NCBI GenBank assembly: GCA_041661305.1
Contig: JBAZUR010000001.1
Coordinates: 234,101 to 298,100, forward strand
Origin: Minisyncoccota bacterium
GTDB lineage: Bacteria > Patescibacteriota > Minisyncoccia > Phycocordibacterales > VMEP01
Direction of reading: 5' to 3'
Length of the DNA stretch: 64,000 nucleotides
Shown: in pieces, positions 56,308-64,000 of the stretch
How positions within the stretch are numbered: the first letter of the stretch is position 1
Layout: each line of letters begins with the position of its first letter
Notes under the pieces: generated by a model
The model's input: the letters and a program-made list of their open reading frames with translations, nothing else
Told to the model about the DNA's origin: nothing
Database searches by the model: none
Position numbers and translations under genes: made by a program

Positions 56308-58032
56308 TTATTGGTGGCGACTATTTTTTAAACTGTTTATTTTTTGTGAAATTTCGTTGCATTTTTTTGTTAATTCGCTGATTTCGTTTTCTCTTTTTGC
56401 GTCTCCGGAACTTTCTGCTTCTTTTAATTTTCTTACCTCTTCCTTAAATCTTTCTTCCAGACAATCTAGTTCCAGATTAATAAAAAGTTCATCCACTTCG
56501 CGAAGCAGTTTCTTTTCCTCATTATAATTATTTTCGAAAACTAAAATCATTCGCTCTCGCTCCATATCTGGAACAAGATCTATCTCCATCAAACCATAGG
56601 TGCGAGCAAGAACATCATATCGTTCCCTTAATATTTTTGGGTCGATGAGTGGATTTTTTATCCCTTCTTGCCACGACGTAATGCCGGCTATAGTAGCACG
56701 TATTTTGTTTAAGCGCGATATAGTTGGCTTCTCGGCTGTCGCAACAGAATCCTCTACAATAGGCGTACTTGGTAATTTCTTAACTTCCTCCCAAACATGT
56801 TCTTCTGCAACCTTGAGTTCATTTGCAACTTTTCCCACAAAATGAGCTTGGTCAATTTTGTTTGATATTTCTGCAATATACGGAATTACACGCTTCCCTA
56901 CTTCTCTTCTAAACGCTGGTTCATCTAATTTTTTCTCGCGAATTCCATTTAAGACAAAATCAACAATATGATTGGCCTCCTTAATAACTTTATTCCATTC
57001 ATCTTTATCTTTCGCAATTAAATCAGCAGGATCAACATCTTTTGGTAGACGCGCGACTTTCACATCAATCCCTAGAGAAATTGCTAAGCGAAATGCGCGC
57101 TCCGAAGCGTTTAGTCCGGCATCGTCACCATCAAGTGCAACAATCAAACTATCAGCAAATCTCTTTATCATCTGAAGATGGTCTGCCGTAAGCGCTGTTC
57201 CAGACAATGCCACAGTGTTGAAAGTTCCCGCTTGATGAGCCAAGAGCAAGTCCATCTGGCCTTCAACCAAGATAGCTGTGTTGCTCTGAAGCATTGCGCG
57301 CTTCGCCTTATCGTATCCATATAAGACACTGGACTTGTGATAAAGCGGTGTCTCTGGAGTATTCACGTATTTTGCGGCCTCTCCTTTGCTCGGTGCATCA
57401 AACAATCTTCCAGAAAATCCAACAATACGACCAATCGTGTTTGAAAGAGGAAACATAATTCTTCCGCGGAAACGATCATAATAACCACGATTCCCCATTA
57501 TGCTTAAGCCTGCTTTTTCAATTTCTTGGTCGGTAAAACCTTTGCTTTTTAAAACATCGTAAAGTGTGGACCAATTGGTGTCAGCATAACCCAATCTCCA
57601 GTCGGCGATTGTGCCGACATTAAGTCCCCGCTTTGTTATATATTCTTTTGCCGAAGGATTGGCACCCAAACTATTTTCAAAGAAACGGGTCGCCTCTTCA
57701 AGTACGCTATATAGTCTTTCGTATTCGCTTTTTAGTTTTGGGTCAACTGCTCGCAATTCCACACCAGCCTTATCAGCCAATGTTTTTAGCGCCGAAGCAA
57801 AATCAACTCCTTCTATTTCCTCAACAAAGCTGAAAATGTCTCCACCTCGGTTACACCCAAAACAGTGGTAAGTTCCACGAGCTGGCGAGATAAAGAAGGA
57901 CGGAGTGCGTTCGTTATGGAACGGACATCGCGCTTTGTAATTACTACCGGCCTTTTCTAATTTGATATAGGAAGAAGTAACATCAACAATAGAGAGGCGT
58001 TCTTTTATTTGTTCAACTGGTGTTGTGGACAT
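56308..58032 (-). CDS. dnaG: DNA primase
   Basis: CPFHNERTPSF..CFGC, RFRGRIMFP, KYVNTPET, VEGQMD, DGDDAG. Confidence 0.97.
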   Translation of the reverse strand: MSTTPVEQIKERLSIVDVTSSYIKLEKAGSNYKARCPFHNERTPSFFISPARGTYHCFGCNRGGDIFSFVEEIEGVDFASALKTLADKAGVELRAVDPKLKSEYERLYSVLEEATRFFENSLGANPSAKEYITKRGLNVGTIADWRLGYADTNWSTLYDVLKSKGFTDQEIEKAGLSIMGNRGYYDRFRGRIMFPLSNTIGRIVGFSGRLFDAPSKGEAAKYVNTPETPLYHKSSVLYGYDKAKRAMLQSNTAILVEGQMDLLLAHQAGTFNTVALSGTALTADHLQMIKRFADSLIVALDGDDAGLNASERAFRLAISLGIDVKVARLPKDVDPADLIAKDKDEWNKVIKEANHIVDFVLNGIREKKLDEPAFRREVGKRVIPYIAEISNKIDQAHFVGKVANELKVAEEHVWEEVKKLPSTPIVEDSVATAEKPTISRLNKIRATIAGITSWQEGIKNPLIDPKILRERYDVLARTYGLMEIDLVPDMERERMILVFENNYNEEKKLLREVDELFINLELDCLEERFKEEVRKLKEAESSGDAKRENEISELTKKCNEISQKINSLKNSRHQ

Positions 58033-58118
58033 GACATCTAGCTTCTTTAGCTTTCAGCTTCTTTAGCGTTAATGCTTCACCTAACCACCTAAAAGCTAAT
58101 GCCTAAAAGCTGACTAAA

Positions 58119-61100
58119 TTATTCTTCGTCCTCTTCTTCTACGACTTCTTTTCCGCCTTTTGCCTTGAATCCAGTTCCAGCAGGAATCAATCGCCCAACA
58201 ATTACGTTTTCTTTCAAGCCACGCAAATCGTCAATCTTTCCACGAACTGCTGAGTTGATAAGCACACGTGTGACATTTTGGAATGATGCTGATGAAAGCC
58301 AACTTTTTGTTGAAAGTGCAACCTCGGTAATACCAAGAATGACTGACTCTCCTTCAGCAACATCACCGCCAGCTTCTTTGGTGCGTGCATTCTCAAGTGC
58401 AAATTCCATATTTTCTACAAGCTCTCCGACAGTAAATGAAGTATCTGCACTCTCCTTGATACGTCTTCGTGAGAACATCTGACGAATAATGATTTCTATG
58501 TGCTTACGCGAAATAGAAGCTCCTTGTAGTTCGTAAATGTTATTAATTTCTTTAATAACATATTCTTCTGCAGCTTCACGTCCACCATACTTATAAAGTT
58601 CTGCCAAATCAGCTGAACCGTCAGTAATGATGTCTCCCTTCTTTATTTTACTTCCAACTTTAACAAGCGGACTTCGTCTGAACGGAGCAACAAACTCTAC
58701 TTCTCCAACCTTACCTTTCTTTACGTCTGTTTCATCAAGTAATACTTTGATGACTTTCTCGCGGCCAACTTCGTTTATTTCAATCACTTCTCCATTAACA
58801 CTTGAAACAACAGCTGGTGATTTTGGAATTCGACGTTCGAAAATTTCTTCAACACGTGGAAGACCCATCGTAATGTCGACACCCGCAACACCTCCAGCGT
58901 GGAACGTACGCATCGTCAACTGAGTACCTGGTTCACCGATAGCTTGTGCCGCGATAATACCGACAGCTTCACCTTTTTCAACCATTCTGTTTCTTGCAAG
59001 ATCAAGACCGTAACACATACGACAAATGCCGTGCAATGTTTTACAAGTAAGAGGTGTTCTAACAAACACTTCTGTTATTCCAGCGGCTTCAATCCTCATC
59101 GCGTCGCTCTTGAGAATAAGAAATCCTTTCTTGTACATTACTTCACCTTTCTCGTCTTTGATATCAGTTGCCAAAATACGTCCGCGAATACTCTTTGAAA
59201 TTGGCACTTCGATTCCAGAAAGAGTTTCTTTTGTGATTCTCTTTGTTTCCTTCGTACCACAGTCATCTTCTGTAATCACTGAATCTTGAGCAACGTCAAC
59301 AAGCTTTCTTGTGAGATATCCTGCCTTTGCCGTGTTGAGTGCCGTGTCGGCCAAACCTTTACGAGCACCGTGAGTAGTAGTGAAGTATTCAATTGGTGAA
59401 AGACCTTCTTTATATGATGGAATGATTGGGAAATCGATTGTTCGTCCAGCAGTGTTGATAATGAGACCTTTCATTCCAGACATCTGACTCAACTGAGTAA
59501 TAGAACCTCGAGCTCCAGAAGTAACCAAGTCGTGAGCTGAACCGTTTCTATCAAGTGTTTCTGGAACAAGCTTATCAAGCTCTCCTTTAACACCCTGCCA
59601 GACCTCGATTGTCTTTCTGTATCTTTCTTCTTCAGCCAACAAACCATCGTTAAACTGACTTAGAATTTCATCAACCTTCTTTCTTCCAACAGCAACAATT
59701 TCTTTCTTTCTTGGGTGAACCTTAACATCGTCCATTCCCCATGTTGTTCCAGAGACTGTGGCGTACTTATAACCAAAGGTTTTAATCTTATCCAAAACTG
59801 CAGGAGTTTTCTCAATACCATAACGAGCAATCAATTCATCAACTAAAGCAGCGAGCTTCTTAATGTTGACCTCTTCGTTCATGTAAGGAAAATCTTTTGG
59901 CAAAATTGAATTGAAAAGAAGACGACCAACAGATGTTTCAAAAACCTTACCTTCAAACTGGTTATACTTTGGACTGTCTGTTGGTAAAACTTTAATCTTT
60001 GAACGGAAAGCAACTATATCAAAGTCGTAGGACATAATTGCGTTGTTTGGACTTGGGAAGAATTTTCCTTCACCTTTTTCACCATCAACAACTTTTGTCA
60101 TCCAGTAACAACCAAGCACGATATCGAGCTTTGGGTTAACGATTGGATCACCGTTTCCTGGCTTCAAAAGATTTCTGTTTGCAGCCATTAAGCTACCAGC
60201 TTCTTCTTGGGCTTCTTTAGAAAGCGGAACGTGAACGGCCATCTGGTCTCCATCGAAGTCAGCGTTGAAAGCTGTACAAACTAGTGGGTGCACCTGGATT
60301 GCGTTTCCTTCAATTAGTACTGGGTGGAAAGCCTGAATACCTAAACGGTGAAGTGTTGGTGCGCGGTTTAGAAGAACGTATTTTCCCTTGATTACTTCTT
60401 CAAGAATTGCCCAAACCTCTGGCACACCTTCGTCGATTAAACGACCGGCGCCACGAATGTTGTAAGCAAGCTCTCTTTCAAGAATTTTAGAAATAACAAA
60501 TGGGCGGAAAAGTTCAAGCGCCATATGCTTTGGCAAACCACACTGGTCTAAGTGAAGCTGAGGTCCAACGACGATAACTGAACGTCCAGAATAATCTACA
60601 CGCTTACCCAAAAGGTTTTGACGGAAGAGACCCTGCTTTCCCTTCAAATTGTCTGAGAGTGATTTAAGTGAACGGCGCTGAGATTGATTCATTGCCATTG
60701 CCTCAGACTGTCGACGAATTGAATTGTCGATAAGTGAGTCAACAGCTTCCTGCAAAATACGCTTTTCGTTACGCAAGATAACATCTGGTGCGCCGATTTC
60801 GAGAAGCTTTCTCAAACGATTGTTTCGGTTGATAACACGACGATAAAGATCGTTCACGTCTGATGTTGCATGACGTCCACCTTCAAGGGCAACCATTGGA
60901 CGAAGTGCTGGAGGAATTACTGGAATAACAGTCAAGAACATCCAATCTGGACGAACGTTTGAATTGATCATTGCACGAATAAGCGATAAGCGCTTTTCGG
61001 TTTTTTCTCTTTCAATAGCAGTTGTCTTTTTTGTGTTGCTTGTAAGTTCGTTCTCGAGTTTTTTCAAATCTAGATTTTTGAAAAGATTGAAGATAGCTTC

Positions 61101-61745
61101 TGCTCCGATTGTTGCCTCAAAGACTGAACCGTATTTTAAGGCATAACGGTGATATGTTGCCTCATCAAGAACTTTTCCGGTAACAATTTCACCAACTTCT
61201 TTCTTTGCAGTTGAAAGCATTTCTTTGATTTTTTCACGAGATGCTTCATCGGTCATTGATTTAACCTTTGCTTTGTATTCTGATTCTAGATTTTTAATGA
61301 TTTTATCTTTTTCCTCATCATTTATTTTTGTGACGATATAGCCAGCAAAATAAATAACCTTTTCAAGATCTGTAACTGGTACGTTCATCAAAAGACTCAT
61401 TCTTGATGGAACTCCACGGAGAAACCAAATATGAGCAACTGGACTTGCGAGTTCAATGTGACCCATTCGTTCACGGCGAACAATAGAGCGAGTTACTTCA
61501 ACTCCACATTTCTCACAAACAATATCCTTATAACGAATACGACGATACTTTCCGCAGTAACACTCAAAGTCTTTCTCAGGACCAAAGATGCGCTCATCGA
61601 AAAGACCTCCGCGTTCTGAACGGCCAGTTCGATAATTAATTGTTTCTGGTTTTGTTACCTCACCATATGACCATTCTCTGATTTTGTCTGGAGACGCAAC
61701 CGAGAGTGAAATGGCATCGAAATCGCTTGTATCAAATGTTTTCAT
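58119..61745 (-). CDS. rpoC: RNA polymerase beta' subunit
   Basis: [43 protein letters not shown]. Confidence 0.98.
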   Translation of the reverse strand: MKTFDTSDFDAISLSVASPDKIREWSYGEVTKPETINYRTGRSERGGLFDERIFGPEKDFECYCGKYRRIRYKDIVCEKCGVEVTRSIVRRERMGHIELASPVAHIWFLRGVPSRMSLLMNVPVTDLEKVIYFAGYIVTKINDEEKDKIIKNLESEYKAKVKSMTDEASREKIKEMLSTAKKEVGEIVTGKVLDEATYHRYALKYGSVFEATIGAEAIFNLFKNLDLKKLENELTSNTKKTTAIEREKTEKRLSLIRAMINSNVRPDWMFLTVIPVIPPALRPMVALEGGRHATSDVNDLYRRVINRNNRLRKLLEIGAPDVILRNEKRILQEAVDSLIDNSIRRQSEAMAMNQSQRRSLKSLSDNLKGKQGLFRQNLLGKRVDYSGRSVIVVGPQLHLDQCGLPKHMALELFRPFVISKILERELAYNIRGAGRLIDEGVPEVWAILEEVIKGKYVLLNRAPTLHRLGIQAFHPVLIEGNAIQVHPLVCTAFNADFDGDQMAVHVPLSKEAQEEAGSLMAANRNLLKPGNGDPIVNPKLDIVLGCYWMTKVVDGEKGEGKFFPSPNNAIMSYDFDIVAFRSKIKVLPTDSPKYNQFEGKVFETSVGRLLFNSILPKDFPYMNEEVNIKKLAALVDELIARYGIEKTPAVLDKIKTFGYKYATVSGTTWGMDDVKVHPRKKEIVAVGRKKVDEILSQFNDGLLAEEERYRKTIEVWQGVKGELDKLVPETLDRNGSAHDLVTSGARGSITQLSQMSGMKGLIINTAGRTIDFPIIPSYKEGLSPIEYFTTTHGARKGLADTALNTAKAGYLTRKLVDVAQDSVITEDDCGTKETKRITKETLSGIEVPISKSIRGRILATDIKDEKGEVMYKKGFLILKSDAMRIEAAGITEVFVRTPLTCKTLHGICRMCYGLDLARNRMVEKGEAVGIIAAQAIGEPGTQLTMRTFHAGGVAGVDITMGLPRVEEIFERRIPKSPAVVSSVNGEVIEINEVGREKVIKVLLDETDVKKGKVGEVEFVAPFRRSPLVKVGSKIKKGDIITDGSADLAELYKYGGREAAEEYVIKEINNIYELQGASISRKHIEIIIRQMFSRRRIKESADTSFTVGELVENMEFALENARTKEAGGDVAEGESVILGITEVALSTKSWLSSASFQNVTRVLINSAVRGKIDDLRGLKENVIVGRLIPAGTGFKAKGGKEVVEEEDEE

Positions 61746-61758
61746 ATGTTTATTTTAA

Positions 61759-64000
61759 TTAATTGCGTCTCTTTTTTCTAAGTTCGACATCAAGGGCCAA
61801 TCCGCGTAAGTAATTGAGCATAACCGTAAATGATGCAGGTGCGTTTGGCGTTCTCACATCTTCACCCTTAATAATGGAATCAAACGTCTGTGAACGACCG
61901 ACGATATCGTCTGACTTAACAGTGAGCATTTCACGGAGAGTATGGGCTGCGCCATATCCTTCGAGAGCCCACACTTCCATTTCACCGAAGCGCTGACCTC
62001 CACCTTGCGCCTTTCCACCAAGTGGTTGCTGAGTAATGAGCGAGTACGGTCCGATGGAGCGCATGTGAATCTTGTCTTCCACCATGTGGTGAAGCTTCAT
62101 GATATACATGTATCCAATGGCAATTTCTTGATTGAACGAATCACCAGTACGACCGTCGTAAAGTTTAACCTTACCTGTTTCCGCAAATCCGGCTTTCTTA
62201 AGTTCATCACGAATTTCCTGGTCAGTTGCTCCTTGGAAAGGAGGAACGATTGCTTGGTAATTCAAAGTGTTTGCCGCGAGACCCATGTGAAGCTCGAGAA
62301 TCTGTCCCAAGTTCATACGAGAAGGAACTCCAAGTGGCGTTAAAATAACATCGATTGGCGTACCGTCTTCCATGTATGGCATGTCTTGCTCAGGCAAAAT
62401 GAGGGAGATAACACCTTTGTTTCCGTGACGTCCTGCTAGTTTGTCTCCAACAGAAATGTTTCTAAGCTGAGCGACTTCGATATGGATTCTCTTAATGATT
62501 CCGCTATCAAGTGAGTCACCACTATCGCGAGAGAAAACCTTCACACCAACAATACGCCCACGCTTACCGTGTTCCATGCGAAGTGAAGTATCTTTAACAT
62601 CGCGAGCTTTCTCGCCGAAAATCGAACGAAGGAGTCTTTCTTCTGGTGTAAGCTCTGATTCGCCTTTTGGTGTAATTTTACCAACCAAAATATCGTTTGG
62701 ACGAACTTCGGCACCAATACGAACAATTCCATCAATGTCGAGATCTTTCAATTTTGTTTCTCCAACGTTTGGAATGTCGCAAGTTGTGACCTCGGGTCCA
62801 AGTTTTGTATCACGAACATTCACAACGAACTCTTCGATGTGAATACTTGTAAACTTACTATCCTTAACAAGTCTTTCTGAAAGGATGATGGCGTCTTCGT
62901 AGTTCGAACCGTCCCAAACCATAAAACCAACCAAGACGTTTTGTCCGAGTGCTACCTGTCCGTGGTCAGACGATGATGTGTCCGCCATAACCTCACCCTT
63001 TTTAACTTTTTGGCCAACTGAAACTATTGGGCGCTGGTGGAAAACGCTAAAGTCGTTTGTTCTAGAGTAATTAACTAAAGTATATTCTTTTTCTTTTCCT
63101 GACTTTGTTCCTTCAACTTTAATTTTCTTTGCATCAACATAGGTAACCGTTCCCTCTTCCTCTGAAAGAATTAGTCGTCCAGTAAAGTGAGCAACCGAGT
63201 GTTCCATTCCTGTCGCAACAAGTGGAGCTTCCGGGATGATACAAGGCGTTGCTTGCTTCTGCATGTTGGAACCCATGAGTGCGCGACCGGCGTCGTCGTG
63301 TTCCAAGAATGGAATGAGTGATGTTGCTACAGAGAAAGGCTGTGTTGTTGAAACGTCGATGTAATCAACTTCGTTTTTATCAACCAAACCTGGTTCTGTC
63401 TTAACGCGAGCTTCAACTTTCTTTTCTAAAATATTTCCTTCTTCATCATAAGGAATGCCAGCGTGGGCAATAATGCTTCCCTCTTCTTCAAGAGCGTTCA
63501 AGTAAACAATTTCTTTTGTGATTTTTCCGTTCTTAACCTTAACGTAAGGTGTTTCGATAATACCGAAATCATTGATACGAGCATGTGTCGAAAGGTGCAA
63601 AATAAGACCGATGTTCTGACCTTCTGGAGTGTGAATTGGACAAACGCGACCGTAGTGTGAAGTGTGCACGTCACGAACTTCAAGACCGGCTCTTTCACGG
63701 GTAAGACCGCCTGGTCCAAGTGCTGAAAGCGTTCGAAGGTGTTCAATTTCGTCCAAAACGTTACCCTGACTCATAAACTGAGAGAGTTGGTTTGTTGTAA
63801 AGAATTCTTTGATACGAGCTTGGAGTGGGCGTTGGTTAACTATCTGAATTGGGAGTGTTGTCTCAGCATCAATAGTAGACATTCTGTCTTGAATGTTTCT
63901 TTTCATCTGAGCCATACCAACACGGATTTTTGCTTGAAGCATTTCTCCAACGTATCTAACACGACGAAGACCCAAGTGGTCGATATCATCAGCTTCTGCT
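61759..64000 (-). CDS. rpoB: RNA polymerase beta subunit, C-terminal part (5' end outside window)
   Basis: DDIDHLG, TPEGQNIGL, GDKLAGRHGNKG, GGQRFGEME. Confidence 0.98.
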   Translation of the reverse strand, partial: AEADDIDHLGLRRVRYVGEMLQAKIRVGMAQMKRNIQDRMSTIDAETTLPIQIVNQRPLQARIKEFFTTNQLSQFMSQGNVLDEIEHLRTLSALGPGGLTRERAGLEVRDVHTSHYGRVCPIHTPEGQNIGLILHLSTHARINDFGIIETPYVKVKNGKITKEIVYLNALEEEGSIIAHAGIPYDEEGNILEKKVEARVKTEPGLVDKNEVDYIDVSTTQPFSVATSLIPFLEHDDAGRALMGSNMQKQATPCIIPEAPLVATGMEHSVAHFTGRLILSEEEGTVTYVDAKKIKVEGTKSGKEKEYTLVNYSRTNDFSVFHQRPIVSVGQKVKKGEVMADTSSSDHGQVALGQNVLVGFMVWDGSNYEDAIILSERLVKDSKFTSIHIEEFVVNVRDTKLGPEVTTCDIPNVGETKLKDLDIDGIVRIGAEVRPNDILVGKITPKGESELTPEERLLRSIFGEKARDVKDTSLRMEHGKRGRIVGVKVFSRDSGDSLDSGIIKRIHIEVAQLRNISVGDKLAGRHGNKGVISLILPEQDMPYMEDGTPIDVILTPLGVPSRMNLGQILELHMGLAANTLNYQAIVPPFQGATDQEIRDELKKAGFAETGKVKLYDGRTGDSFNQEIAIGYMYIMKLHHMVEDKIHMRSIGPYSLITQQPLGGKAQGGGQRFGEMEVWALEGYGAAHTLREMLTVKSDDIVGRSQTFDSIIKGEDVRTPNAPASFTVMLNYLRGLALDVELRKKRRN

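Noticed and set aside
1-64000. Alternative genetic code 25 (TGA=Gly), prophage or autonomous IS
   Set aside because: Core genes are full length under code 11 and mreC ends in TGA; no integrase, transposase, terminase or capsid gene was recognised

Overview
This is 64 kb of a reduced, AT-rich bacterial chromosome using the standard code (TGA = stop). Gene content and order suggest Patescibacteria/CPR (Parcubacteria-like); that assignment is an inference. The backbone is housekeeping: rpmA, rplI, rplU, cysS, lysS, proS, dnaB, recR, dnaG, rpoD, rpoC, partial rpoB, the mraZ-rsmH-ftsL-ftsI-murF cluster, mreB-mreC-(mreD)-pbp2, murA with a second mreB, a degenerate priA, def-fmt, a SUF cluster, tRNA-Glu(CTC) and tRNA-Asn(GTT). 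I found no CRISPR array, integrase, transposase or prophage. Three non-obvious patterns stand out. (1) About ten small, GC-richer orphan genes are scattered between core genes as stand-alone cassettes: sigma70 promoter, leader (sometimes boxA-like), strong Shine-Dalgarno, ORF, terminator. Most native genes instead look leaderless or SD-less. An ORF-less cassette of similar design looks like an sRNA exposing two anti-SD (ACCUCC) motifs. (2) A family of roughly 90-170 nt covarying structured repeats (GRCG-loop and AGCA-loop hairpins) is enclosed by locus-specific inverted repeats. Next to both tRNAs the element carries an antisense copy plus a direct copy of the tRNA 3' end, and one locus holds nested copies. 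(3) There is a perfect 52-bp palindrome, and a tandem pair of diverged paralogues whose 72-nt 3' tails are nearly identical. All calls were made by eye, without database searches.
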